A stretch of DNA of 64,000 bases from Candidatus Spongiisociaceae bacterium (GTDB lineage: Bacteria > Actinomycetota > Acidimicrobiia > Spongiisociales > Spongiisociaceae): the NCBI GenBank assembly GCA_965219685.1, contig CBDCOH010000002.1, positions 2,496,001 through 2,560,000 of the forward strand, read 5' to 3'. A model generated the notes under the pieces. The model saw only the letters and a program-made list of their open reading frames with translations. It had not been told where the DNA came from and did not search any database. Within the stretch, counting starts at the first letter, position 1. Every line of letters begins with the position of its first letter. The translations under genes and the position numbers were made by a program. This document shows, piece after piece, positions 31,041 to 40,812 of the stretch.

Positions 31041-32201
31041 GTGGCTAAATACAAGATCCTGGTCGTTGACGATGAGCCGGATCTAGAACCCCTGATTTTA
31101 CAGCGAATGCGTCGTGCAATCAGAACGGGGCGCTATTCGTTTGTCTTTGCTCGGAATGGGGTTGAAGCCCTTGAGAGGTTGGCTGAGCAAGAGGACATTG
31201 ATATGGTCCTCTCTGATATCAACATGCCCCGCATGGATGGCCTGACGCTACTTGAGCAGATACCCAAGGTAGACCCTAACATCCGCTCAGTGATCATATC
31301 TGCTTACGGCGATATGAAGAATATCCGTACTGCCATGAATCGCGGAGCGTTCGACTTTGTAACCAAGCCATTGGACTTCAAGGATCTTCGCCATACGATT
31401 GATCGTACCCTCAAGCACCTAATAGAGTGGCGATCTGCCCTTGCCTCCCGTGACCAGCTTGTCGCGATCCAAAACGAACTTGACGTAGCCAGCAAGATCC
31501 AGCAATCCATACTTCCCACCCGATTCCCTAAGACGGCAGAATACGAAGTCTATGCGAATATGGAACCGGCTCGTAATGTAGGCGGTGACTTCTACGACAT
31601 TCTTTCATTGGAAGGCAGCTACATTGGGCTAGCGATTGCTGATGTCTCCGATAAGGGCGTTCCGGCCTCCCTATTCATGATGTCGAGCCGTACGCTTTTA
31701 AAGGGCACGGCCATAGGCATCCCAGAGCCGGGTAACGTGCTGCAGGATGTTAACGATCTTCTCTATGAAGAGAACGACACTTCCATGTTTGTAACCGTTA
31801 TATACGCCATCTATTCCCCCGATACTGGAAGCTTTGTATATGCAAACGGTGGTCACAACCCGCCTCTAGTTATTCATAGCGATGGAAGCTCAACTTTGCT
31901 ACCACTAATCGGTGGTATCGCCCTAGGTATCGCTCCTGGAATGGCCTTCCCACAGAAAACCGTGATACTCGAGCCTGGGGATATTCTGATGCTATATACC
32001 GACGGTATTACGGAGGCGATGAACGCAGAACGAGAAGAGTTCGGGATGGAGCGGATGCAACAAGTTTTCGCCGATCAGCCTCCGGCTAGTGCAAAGGAAG
32101 CAACCGAAATGATCTTCGAGGCGGTACACGCTTTCGCTGGAGATACCGCACAATCAGATGACATCACCTGTCTTACCATATCTCGTACCGGGACACGCTA
32201 A
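31041..32201 (+). CDS. Receiver + PP2C/SpoIIE phosphatase (RsbU/RsbY-like)
   Basis: VVDDE, SDINMP, FVTKP; VGGDFYD, ADVSDKG, YTDGITE, DDIT. Confidence 0.93.
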   Translation: MAKYKILVVDDEPDLEPLILQRMRRAIRTGRYSFVFARNGVEALERLAEQEDIDMVLSDINMPRMDGLTLLEQIPKVDPNIRSVIISAYGDMKNIRTAMNRGAFDFVTKPLDFKDLRHTIDRTLKHLIEWRSALASRDQLVAIQNELDVASKIQQSILPTRFPKTAEYEVYANMEPARNVGGDFYDILSLEGSYIGLAIADVSDKGVPASLFMMSSRTLLKGTAIGIPEPGNVLQDVNDLLYEENDTSMFVTVIYAIYSPDTGSFVYANGGHNPPLVIHSDGSSTLLPLIGGIALGIAPGMAFPQKTVILEPGDILMLYTDGITEAMNAEREEFGMERMQQVFADQPPASAKEATEMIFEAVHAFAGDTAQSDDITCLTISRTGTR

Positions 32202-32635
32202 TGAAGACTCTGATGGACATGACCGTCACTGCGCCGGCGACAGAGACAAACGAGCAAATCCTCGCGCGTATCTCATCGAAGGTAGACCAGCTGGGGGAGG
32301 AAGGTAACTGGCCACCCAGGCTCGTGTATCTGGTCAATCTGACGCTTGAAGAGTTGGGTCTCAACGCATTGACCCATGGCCGGGAGCATGGCTTAGACGA
32401 GCTATCCATTACTATCCAGTCGGGAGCGGAGAGTATTGTCATTAAAATGCTCGACAACGGCGCTCCGTTCGATCCGCTCACAGACGCACCGATACCGGAT
32501 CCGGATGCCCCTCTGGAGTCCCGACCCATCGGCGGACTCGGCATCTATCTGATACGGAACATGATTGATGAAGCCCATTACGAACGTGCGGATGGAAGGA
32601 ACTGCTTGACCTTGATCACGAGGAGGAACCAATAA
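32201..32635 (+). CDS. Anti-sigma factor/serine kinase (RsbW-like HATPase)
   Basis: EELGLNALTHG, DNGAPFDP, GGLGIYLI. Confidence 0.88.
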   Translation: MKTLMDMTVTAPATETNEQILARISSKVDQLGEEGNWPPRLVYLVNLTLEELGLNALTHGREHGLDELSITIQSGAESIVIKMLDNGAPFDPLTDAPIPDPDAPLESRPIGGLGIYLIRNMIDEAHYERADGRNCLTLITRRNQ

Positions 32636-32637
32636 CG

Positions 32638-33924
32638 TTGACGGCCAGGAAATGGTTCGTGTTCCTTTCAGCCCTAATCGTGGTCGCCAGCACGCTTGCC
32701 TCATGCGGCTCAGATGAAGTTGACGGGGTCTCGACACCACCCTCCGTAGGTGAGGAGGTCGTGCAGCAGACCGAAAGCGGAACAGCCTCCTCCTCAATTG
32801 CAGCCGAGGGCGGAACAGGTGTCGCCGGCGTGTCCGATCAGTCGGTGACCTTTGGTCAGTCGGCCGCGTTCTCGGGACCGGCCCAGGAACTCGGCAAGGG
32901 GATGAGGCTCGGCATCGAGGCAGCGTTTGACGAGGTGAACCAGCAAGGTGGTGTCCACGGCAGGGAACTGAAACTCATCGCATACGACGACACTTACGAG
33001 CCCGAGGCCGCCATTGCCAATACCATCCATCTGATAGAGGACGATCGAGTATTCGCCCTGATCGGGGAAGTTGGTACACCGACCTCCCGCTCTGCTACGC
33101 CGGTGGCTGCCGATGCCAACACGCCGTTCATCGCCCCGTTTACCGGAGCCGCCTTCCTAAGGGACCCCGGCTGGGCGAACATCGTAAACCTGCGCGCATC
33201 CTATGCACAGGAGACCGAGGAAATGGTCGCCCGGATGACTACCGACTTGGGTATCGAGCGGATCGCCATCATGTACCAGGACGACTCGTTCGGTCGCACG
33301 GGCTATCAAGGAGCGCTGGCGGCGCTCCGGCGCCGAGGGATGGAGCCGGTCTCGGTCGGCCTATATCCCCGCAACACGACCGCGGTCAAGACGGGACTGC
33401 TGGATCTTCAGCGCGGTGACCCGGAAGGGGTGATCATCGTCGGTGCCTACGACCCCGTAGCCGAGTTGATCTCATGGGCGCGCCACACCGGGTTCGACCC
33501 CGTCTTCATAACCATCTCCTTTGTCGGGAGTAACGCCCTCGCCAGAGAATTGGGTCCTTACGGTGAGGGCGTCTATGTAACGCAGGTGGTTCCCTTCCCG
33601 ACGGACGAGTCGATACCGATCGTGTCGTCCTACCTGAGCGCGCTCGCCGCCTACGCCCCCAATGCCGAACCGGGCTTCGTGTCGCTCGAGGGCTACCTGG
33701 CGGGACGGCTCGCGATTGCCGGACTGGAGATGTGCGGCCGTGATCTCAACCGGGCCTGCTTCCTCGATGGTCTCCTGACCGGTGACAGCATGGAGTTGGA
33801 GGGGTTTCCCCTGAGCTTCGGCACAGACGACAACCAAGGCTCCGATCAGGTCTTTCTTACGGTAATCGGCCCGGATGGCGGATACATACCCACCGACGTG
33901 CTGTTAGGGCCGGACGATGCTTGA
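32638..33924 (+). CDS. Type-1 periplasmic binding lipoprotein (LivJ-like) without transporter genes
   Basis: Lipobox LASC; GQSAAFSGP, GGVHGR, YDDTYEP, VGTPTS, RASY. Confidence 0.87.
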   Translation: MTARKWFVFLSALIVVASTLASCGSDEVDGVSTPPSVGEEVVQQTESGTASSSIAAEGGTGVAGVSDQSVTFGQSAAFSGPAQELGKGMRLGIEAAFDEVNQQGGVHGRELKLIAYDDTYEPEAAIANTIHLIEDDRVFALIGEVGTPTSRSATPVAADANTPFIAPFTGAAFLRDPGWANIVNLRASYAQETEEMVARMTTDLGIERIAIMYQDDSFGRTGYQGALAALRRRGMEPVSVGLYPRNTTAVKTGLLDLQRGDPEGVIIVGAYDPVAELISWARHTGFDPVFITISFVGSNALARELGPYGEGVYVTQVVPFPTDESIPIVSSYLSALAAYAPNAEPGFVSLEGYLAGRLAIAGLEMCGRDLNRACFLDGLLTGDSMELEGFPLSFGTDDNQGSDQVFLTVIGPDGGYIPTDVLLGPDDA

Positions 33925-36145
33925 TCGGATACGCAAGGTCGCAGAACTCCGCTTTCGCATCTCGATACAGATGTACCTGGCGATCGGCGGCGCCGTAGCC
34001 CTGACGATTGCCGCCAGTTTCGTAGGCTGGATCTCGTTCAACAGCGTGGGAGAAGCACAAAAGCGAGTGACCGAAGAAAGCGTGCCGGAGCTCGGCGCCG
34101 CCTTCCGGATCGCTGAGTACAGCGGTACGCTCGCAGCCGCAGCTCCTCGTCTGACCGCGTCCACCACTCCGGAAGACCTGGCTACCGTGTCAGCAGAGAT
34201 CGCTGTGGCTCAGGAGGGATTCGAGGAGCAGATGAGACTGCTCCAGCAGTACACAGGCGATCCCACCTTCGAGGCAATCCGTACCAATGCCCAAACAATC
34301 CTCTTCCGCCTCCTGTTCAACATCAACGCGATTGAAGGAGGCATGCCCGTACTCTTCGAGCTGAACGACGAATCAGAAAAGCTCCGTCTGGAGCTCATCG
34401 ATCTTCGCACCAGCTTGGAGTCTCTAATCGTTCCCGAGATAGACGATCAGCTCTTTTACCTGCTGACCGGATACAGCCAGCTTGGCGAGCCGCCTGTGGC
34501 TCGAGTACTCCACCTTTCCGAATCTGAGTTCAACCGTTACCGGCATCTGGCAGCTCTCCGCGAAAACACGACACTGGCCACACAGTTACTGTCGAGTGCT
34601 TTCAGCGTCTCAAACGCGGCCTTGATTGAACCGCTGCAGGAGAGCTTCGAATCGGCCGAGGGTCGCCTCAGGGTCAGCATGGCCGCCCTCGGTGATTTTC
34701 CTATTTCCGAGGGCATTCAGCCGATACTCACCCGCCTCTTCGAAATGGGTACCAATGAGGATGACGGCTTCGACTTGCTCATCAGCAAACATCAACTTGA
34801 GGATCGGCAGCAGGCACTCCTCACCGAGAATCGCAACCTCTCCTTGGAACTCCTCGGCGGTGTCGACGGTCTCGTTACGGTCTCCGAAGGCAAGGCGGCG
34901 ATCTCCAACGCAGCCTCAACCCAGGCACTCCAGACAGGACGGACGCTGCTACTCGTGATCAGCGGCGTAGGTGTGCTGGGCGCTCTCATCATCGCCTGGG
35001 GATTCGTGGGGCGTGTCCTCCTCAGGAGAATCGGACGCCTTTCCGAACGGATGCGGCACATGGCAGACGGAGACCTTGAAGGAGAGGTAGACGTCCATGG
35101 AAGGGACGAAGTAGCTGAGATGGCTGCCGCCCTAGAGGTGTTCCGTCGTCACGCTCTAGAAGTCCAGAGGCTGAATCTCGTCGAGAAACTCGCCGAGGAA
35201 CTCGGTGAGAAGAACTCCCAACTCGAAGACGTACTCGCCGAACTCCAGCGTGCTCAGGACCAGATCGTCATGCGCGAGAAGTTGGTAGCGCTCGGTGAAG
35301 TTACCGCTGGAGTGGCTCACGAAATCCGGAACCCTCTCAACTTCGTCAAGAATTTCTCAGAAGCGTCCCAAGAACTGATTGAGGAACTCGAGGAGATCTT
35401 CGAAGAAGCAGAGGGGGAGCTCTCGGAGGACGACCAGGAATATGTTGAAGAGGTCGTTCAAGACCTCACCGACAATCTCGAGCGCATCCGTAACCATAGT
35501 GAACGCGCTAACCGTATCGTTCACGACATGCTGATGATGGGCCGTGGCGGTGGCGAGTGGCGAACAGTCGACCTAAACCTGCTACTCAACGAGCACGCCC
35601 TGCTCGCCTATCACAGCGCTCGTGCAACAGACCCTGAGTTCCAACTAGATCTGCAGCGTGACCTGGATCCGCAAATGGGTGAGATGGACGCAATACCACA
35701 GGATCTAGGTAGAACATTCCTGAACATGGTGGGTAACTCCTGCCATGCAACGGACAAGAAGCGTAAAGGGTTGCTGGCGTCCGGACAGATTGGTGACTAT
35801 GCCCCGGTCGTAAGACTCAAGACCAGACGTAAAGACGATATGGCGGTCGTCTCCATATACGACAACGGCAGTGGCATCCCGCAAGACTTGAAGGACAAGG
35901 TATTTAACCCCTTCTTCACCACAAAGCCAACCGATGAGGGTACGGGACTCGGGTTGGCGCTCTCAAGTGACATCGTCAGACAACACGGCGGCAGCATCCG
36001 TGTCGAGTCGGTCGACGGAGAATTCACGGAGATGATCATCGAGCTTCCACTCACCAAGCCGGAGACCGCGGCAGGAGAGGAGGACAACCGCCTCACGATA
36101 GATGACGATGATGATGACGACTACTACTATGATGACGACGAATAG
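33917..36145 (+). CDS. Sensor histidine kinase with TorS-like helical extracellular domain and HAMP
   Basis: Two TMs around a ~300-aa helical region; HAMP GDL..RDEVAEMA; AHEIRNPLN, DNGSGI, FNPFFTTK, GTGLGL; acidic tail. Confidence 0.88.
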   Translation: MLDRIRKVAELRFRISIQMYLAIGGAVALTIAASFVGWISFNSVGEAQKRVTEESVPELGAAFRIAEYSGTLAAAAPRLTASTTPEDLATVSAEIAVAQEGFEEQMRLLQQYTGDPTFEAIRTNAQTILFRLLFNINAIEGGMPVLFELNDESEKLRLELIDLRTSLESLIVPEIDDQLFYLLTGYSQLGEPPVARVLHLSESEFNRYRHLAALRENTTLATQLLSSAFSVSNAALIEPLQESFESAEGRLRVSMAALGDFPISEGIQPILTRLFEMGTNEDDGFDLLISKHQLEDRQQALLTENRNLSLELLGGVDGLVTVSEGKAAISNAASTQALQTGRTLLLVISGVGVLGALIIAWGFVGRVLLRRIGRLSERMRHMADGDLEGEVDVHGRDEVAEMAAALEVFRRHALEVQRLNLVEKLAEELGEKNSQLEDVLAELQRAQDQIVMREKLVALGEVTAGVAHEIRNPLNFVKNFSEASQELIEELEEIFEEAEGELSEDDQEYVEEVVQDLTDNLERIRNHSERANRIVHDMLMMGRGGGEWRTVDLNLLLNEHALLAYHSARATDPEFQLDLQRDLDPQMGEMDAIPQDLGRTFLNMVGNSCHATDKKRKGLLASGQIGDYAPVVRLKTRRKDDMAVVSIYDNGSGIPQDLKDKVFNPFFTTKPTDEGTGLGLALSSDIVRQHGGSIRVESVDGEFTEMIIELPLTKPETAAGEEDNRLTIDDDDDDDYYYDDDE

Positions 36146-36211
36146 TCCCGGTCGCCCTTCGGGTAGCCGCGTTCACCCCATTCGCCGGCGCCAAATGATC
36201 GGAGCGTGAGC

Positions 36212-36910
36212 ATGTCCGGCCCGCCCCCCGCCGCACCTCCTCCGGTCGAGTTCGTCTATGTAGGCGACGTGATGTGTTCGTGGTGCTGGGGATTCGCCCC
36301 AACCCTTCACCAACTGGAGGAACGATTCGGTGCCCCCGTGACAGTCGTCAACGGCGGTCTCCGGCCAGGACCGTACGCCAGGCTTCTCGACGATGAAATG
36401 GCCGGGTACCTGAGCCATCACTGGGAACAAGTCTCCGAGGCGAGCGGGCAACCCGTCGATCCGTCGTTCCTCAACCGGCGTGACGGTTGGAAGTTCGACT
36501 CCGAGTTCCCGGCCATCGCAGTCACGGCTATGCGGGAGCGCCATCCCGCTTCGGCCCTCCGCTTCTTCACGGACATCCAGCGGGCCTTCTTCGCGCAGCG
36601 GGTCGACGTAACCGATCCTGATGAGTATCGACCACTGCTCGACGGCTATCCGGTCGAGCCCGAACCCTTCCTGGAGTATCTGCTTAGTCCCGAGGCTCAG
36701 CGGGCGGCCTGGCAGGACTTCGAAGAGGCACGGGGCTTCGGCGTCTCATCCTTCCCGGCACTGATGATCAGGACCAACGGGACGGTAGCCACGGTCACCA
36801 AGGGGTGGCAGCCGTACGAGCGGATAGAAGAGCCGATACGGGCTTACCTCGCGGAACACGGGTACGAGATACTCGACGGCCAAGTCTGCCCGATCAACGA
36901 GCCCTGCTAA
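36212..36910 (+). CDS. DsbA/FrnE-family thioredoxin-fold protein
   Basis: DVMCSWCWGF, GVSSFP. Confidence 0.87.
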   Translation: MSGPPPAAPPPVEFVYVGDVMCSWCWGFAPTLHQLEERFGAPVTVVNGGLRPGPYARLLDDEMAGYLSHHWEQVSEASGQPVDPSFLNRRDGWKFDSEFPAIAVTAMRERHPASALRFFTDIQRAFFAQRVDVTDPDEYRPLLDGYPVEPEPFLEYLLSPEAQRAAWQDFEEARGFGVSSFPALMIRTNGTVATVTKGWQPYERIEEPIRAYLAEHGYEILDGQVCPINEPC

Positions 36911-36913
36911 TCA

Positions 36914-36934
36914 CACCTAACACCTAACACCTAA
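36914..36934. repeat. (CACCTAA)x3 between convergent genes
   Basis: Read directly; supplies the TAG of the minus-strand gene. Confidence 0.85.
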
Positions 36935-37191
36935 TGCTCCATCGCGCGGAGCATACCGATGAAGCCCCCGCCGAAGACCCCGAACAGGACTCCCGGGAGC
37001 AACCCCGCGACGATCGAGGTCTCCAAGCTCTGGCCGGTCACCAGCCAGACCGCGGCGCTGACGAAGACGACCATCAAAGGAAGGCCGACCAGCGCGCCCT
37101 TCAACACCGCTCTGCCGAAGGTCAGGTCGAAATTCTCACCGTCGTGATCACCACCGTCGCCGGTGGCGGGATCATGTCCATGGTCGGTCAT
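36931..37191 (-). CDS. Small two-TM membrane protein
   Basis: ATG 37191 with GGAAGG RBS; two hydrophobic segments. Confidence 0.65.
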   Translation of the reverse strand: MTDHGHDPATGDGGDHDGENFDLTFGRAVLKGALVGLPLMVVFVSAAVWLVTGQSLETSIVAGLLPGVLFGVFGGGFIGMLRAMEH

Positions 37192-37266
37192 CCGAGCCTT
37201 CCATCGTCGTCCATCCCGCCAGCTACCGTAGCTCCGGCGCGCGGCCTGGGGCAACTTCCATCGGCG

Positions 37267-37887
37267 TCACCACGGGCCGGGCGACTCGACTGCCGTCCGC
37301 AACCTTCGCAGGTACTCGGCCTGCCGGATTTCGATGGCTCCGAGCGACTCCAGGTGAGGGGTTATCCACTGCACGTCGAACACCGCCCTTTCGTAGGGTT
37401 CGAGGAGTTCAACCATGCGAGCAACGGCCACCTTGGAAGCATCCCTAGCTCGGTGGAACTTTGACTCACCGGCGAAGAAGGCCCCGATCGACACCCCATA
37501 CATGCCGCCGACGAGCTCTCCCTCGTGCCAGACCTCGATGGAGTGTGCCCACCCGAGTTCGTGCAGCCGGGTATACGCATCGGCTATCTCCGCTGTTATC
37601 CAGCCGTGGGGGCGGGCCGGGTCCGCGCAGCCCTCAACCACATCCCGGAAGCACCTGTCGATGGTCGTGTCGTAGCGCCTGATCGATCGGCGCAGGGAGC
37701 GGGAAGGCAGGAACCGTTCGGCAGGGATCACAGCCCTAGGGTCCGGTGACCACCACGCCATCAACCGGCTTCCTTCCACGGGCATCGGGAACAGACCGGC
37801 TCGGTAGGCGGCGAGCAGCGTCTCGGGCTCAAGGTCGCCACCCAGCGCCACGGGTCCTGGGCCATGGGAGATGGGGACTGTGGACAC
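37267..37887 (-). CDS. aat: Leucyl/phenylalanyl-tRNA--protein transferase (start uncertain)
   Basis: AYRAGLFP, WWSPDPR, AHSIEVW, GGMYG, FAGESKF, ASKVA, DVQ. Confidence 0.93.
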   Translation of the reverse strand: MSTVPISHGPGPVALGGDLEPETLLAAYRAGLFPMPVEGSRLMAWWSPDPRAVIPAERFLPSRSLRRSIRRYDTTIDRCFRDVVEGCADPARPHGWITAEIADAYTRLHELGWAHSIEVWHEGELVGGMYGVSIGAFFAGESKFHRARDASKVAVARMVELLEPYERAVFDVQWITPHLESLGAIEIRQAEYLRRLRTAVESPGPW

Positions 37888-37927
37888 CCTGCGGTCATCC
37901 CGGCCGCCGGCGCGGCGGCTCGACGGA

Positions 37928-39400
37928 TCAGAGGAGCGAGGCAAGCCGCTCGATCCCGGGACGGATCGCCTCGAGCTCGATCACTGCGAAGCCCAGTTGG
38001 AAGTAGTTGGCGGGGCGCGGCTTCCCGAAGAAGCAGGCATCCCCCCGCTCGATCACAACGCCAACGGAGCGGGCTCGCTCCGCCAGGCCGGCCCCGTCCA
38101 GCGTGGACGGGCCGCGAACCCAGAGGCTCATACCCCCATCCGTCGGGGACACCTCCCACGGGAACAGGTCCGACACCGAGTCCGTGATCACCCGCCACTT
38201 CGACTTGAGCACGCGACGGTGACGCCGGATCACCCTTCCGTAATCCCCGGCTTCCATCATGAGTGCCGTCGTCCGCTGGATGATCCCGGGCGGATGGCGC
38301 AGCATGTGATGGCGCAGGCGCCGCAGATGTCGGATGAGGTGGGAATCGCCCACGACAAAACCGAGCCGCAGGCCAGGGGCGAGAAACTTCGAGAAGCTCC
38401 CCACGTACACCACCCGACCTGAGGTGTCCAGAGCCTTGAGCGCCGGGGGAGGCTGGCGGGAGTAGCAATACTCGGAGTCGTAGTCGTCCTCCAGTATCAC
38501 GACCTCGTCCCGGGCGGCTCTCGACAGGATCTGGCGCCTCCGGCCGATCGCCATCGTCACGTTGGTGGGAAACTGGCGTCCCGGCGTCACGAACAGCAAG
38601 TCCAGGCCGCTCATCCGCTCCGGAACCGTGATCCCCTGCTCATCGACCGGCACGGAGACCGGCACGGCCCCCTGCCGCACGAAGATGTCCCTGGCATCGG
38701 GGTACCCCGGTTCCTCCACTCCGACCCTGGAACCGCCACCCAGCAACGCCTCTGCCACCAGGTGGATCCCGTGCTGGGAACCGAGTGTGACCAGTATCTC
38801 GTCGCGGCGCGCCTCGATCCCTCGGGATGGGAGGATCGTCCGCCGTATGTGCTCCACCAACAGCGGATCGTCGCGGTCGTCCAGGTTGTGCAGGCTGGGA
38901 CCACGATGCTCCTTGCGCAGGGCGGTGCGCATGGCTCGGGTCCAAGCGCCGATCGGGAAGGTCTCCGGGCCGGGACCGACCACGAAAGGATAGGGATAGC
39001 TTCGCCAGTCCCGGGGCTTCGTCAGGTCGGCCACACCCTCTGGTGAGGTTCCCAAGATCAGGTCCCAGTCGAGGGAGCCCCCATGTTGCTCCCTGGCCGG
39101 CTCGAACACGGCAGCCGGACGGCTCGCGAGACCGCGGTTGATTACGTAGCCCACGCGTTCGATCGCCTCGATGAAGCCCTCCGCCACGAGCTCCCGGTAT
39201 GCACGGTTCACGGTGTTACGCGAGAGGCCCAACTCGTCGGCCAGGGCGCGCGACGAGGGGAGCATGTCGCCTCCGCCCAACTCACCGGTCTCGATCGCGC
39301 TGCTGAGCGCATCGCGCAACCTTCGATAGCGCGGTCCCGCCTCCCCGCCGGGGAAGTCAACGAGGCTGGCCAGCCTGACGGCCTGCTGTCTGGAACTCAC
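37928..39400 (-). CDS. MocR/GabR-family PLP-dependent regulator, TauR-like
   Basis: GntR HTH LPSSR.LA..SRNTV; KPRDWRSYPYPF; EDDYD; GSFSK..PGLRLG. Confidence 0.9.
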   Translation of the reverse strand: MSSRQQAVRLASLVDFPGGEAGPRYRRLRDALSSAIETGELGGGDMLPSSRALADELGLSRNTVNRAYRELVAEGFIEAIERVGYVINRGLASRPAAVFEPAREQHGGSLDWDLILGTSPEGVADLTKPRDWRSYPYPFVVGPGPETFPIGAWTRAMRTALRKEHRGPSLHNLDDRDDPLLVEHIRRTILPSRGIEARRDEILVTLGSQHGIHLVAEALLGGGSRVGVEEPGYPDARDIFVRQGAVPVSVPVDEQGITVPERMSGLDLLFVTPGRQFPTNVTMAIGRRRQILSRAARDEVVILEDDYDSEYCYSRQPPPALKALDTSGRVVYVGSFSKFLAPGLRLGFVVGDSHLIRHLRRLRHHMLRHPPGIIQRTTALMMEAGDYGRVIRRHRRVLKSKWRVITDSVSDLFPWEVSPTDGGMSLWVRGPSTLDGAGLAERARSVGVVIERGDACFFGKPRPANYFQLGFAVIELEAIRPGIERLASLL

Positions 39401-39464
39401 AGGTACCGCAATAGTGCTCGAATCTCACTTTACCCCGGTTCGATTGACGATTACATTGCCGCGT

Positions 39465-40796
39465 ATGGTGACGAACCCAGACTTGAAACACCTTTTGCTG
39501 CACTTCACAAGCGCCGACAGTTGGCGGCAGGGAACCATCCCCTTGTTCACGAGGGGAGAGGGCTGCTACCTCTGGGACCAGGGAGGGACGAGGTACTTCG
39601 ACGCGCTGGCGGGCCTGTTCGTGGTCCAGATCGGACACGGCAGGGCGGACATCGCCAAGGCGATGAGCGATCAGGCCGAACAGCTGGCCTACATCCCGTC
39701 GTGGTCGGCTACCACGCCGACGACCATCGAGGCCGCCAGACTGATCGCTGACCTGGCACCCGGCGACCTTGACACGGTCTTCTTCGTGAGTTCCGGCTCG
39801 GAGGCGGTCGAGTCCGCCCTCAAGTTCTCCCGCCAGTACCACGCGGCGAACGGGAACCCCGGCCGTACCAAGGTCATCTCGCGAGTCGACGCGTACCACG
39901 GAACCACCCTCGGAGCCCTCTCGGCCACGGCCCTTCCGGGCATCAGGGATCCCTTCCGTCCGTTGCTGCCCGGGTTCAGCAACGTGGCCAACACCCTCGG
40001 GCACACCGACGGGGTGGCCTGCGCCAGGCTCGTGGAGGATGAGATCCTCCGCCAGGGACCCGACCAGGTCGCCATGGTCATCGCGGAGCCCGTACAGAAC
40101 GGTGGGGGCGCCATCGTCCCGCCCGACGGGTACTGGCCGGAGCTGCGACGGATATGCGACAAGTACGGAGTGTTGCTCGTGGCGGATGAGGTCATATGCT
40201 CGTTCGGCAGGGTCGGTGCGTGGTTCGGATCGGAACGGTTCGGCGTCACGCCTGACCTGATCACTTTCGCGAAGGGAGCCACCTCAGGCTACGCGCCCAT
40301 CGGGGGGATCCTGGTCAGGCGCCCTCTGGTCGACCGGGTACTCGACTCCCCCGCCGGGAGCTTCCTCCACGGCTCCACCTGGGGAGGGCACCCGGTGGTG
40401 ATGGCCGCTTCGGTGGCCAACCTCGCCGCCATGCAGGACGAGAAAGTTGTTGAGAACGTGGCTCGAAACGAGGGGGCGCTGCACGAACGCCTCCGTGACC
40501 TCATGGCATCCCACGACGTGGTGACGGAACTGCGGGGCACCGGTTACCTGTTTGCCTTGATGCTCGGACACAGCCGGACCCACGACCGCCCGTACTCCAC
40601 CGAGGACACGGCCCTCGCAATCAAGGAAGTGCTGCCCCGGCTCGCCCTCGAGGCACGCATGCACCTGCGGGTCGACGACCGGGGCGGCGCCAAGATCATG
40701 GTCTCACCTCCCCTGATCGCCACTCTCGAAGAACTCGACGACATGCTCGAACGGATGTCTCAGGTTCTCGATCGGCTCCCCTCCGCAATGCGATGA
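39465..40796 (+). CDS. Class-III omega-amino acid aminotransferase (taurine/beta-alanine:pyruvate type)
   Basis: RGEGCY, SGSEAVE, YHG, ADEVICSFGR, FAKG (PLP Lys), HGSTWGGHP; TACATT 7 nt before the ATG. Confidence 0.88.
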   Translation: MVTNPDLKHLLLHFTSADSWRQGTIPLFTRGEGCYLWDQGGTRYFDALAGLFVVQIGHGRADIAKAMSDQAEQLAYIPSWSATTPTTIEAARLIADLAPGDLDTVFFVSSGSEAVESALKFSRQYHAANGNPGRTKVISRVDAYHGTTLGALSATALPGIRDPFRPLLPGFSNVANTLGHTDGVACARLVEDEILRQGPDQVAMVIAEPVQNGGGAIVPPDGYWPELRRICDKYGVLLVADEVICSFGRVGAWFGSERFGVTPDLITFAKGATSGYAPIGGILVRRPLVDRVLDSPAGSFLHGSTWGGHPVVMAASVANLAAMQDEKVVENVARNEGALHERLRDLMASHDVVTELRGTGYLFALMLGHSRTHDRPYSTEDTALAIKEVLPRLALEARMHLRVDDRGGAKIMVSPPLIATLEELDDMLERMSQVLDRLPSAMR

Positions 40797-40812
40797 CCGC
40801 ACAGGTGCACGC

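Noticed and set aside
36171-36190. GTTCACC as a PHO box before the DsbA-like gene
   Set aside because: Single unit without a properly spaced 11-nt partner
30220-36211. Integrase, att sites or terminal repeats for the signalling island
   Set aside because: None found by eye, so mobility is inferred from composition only
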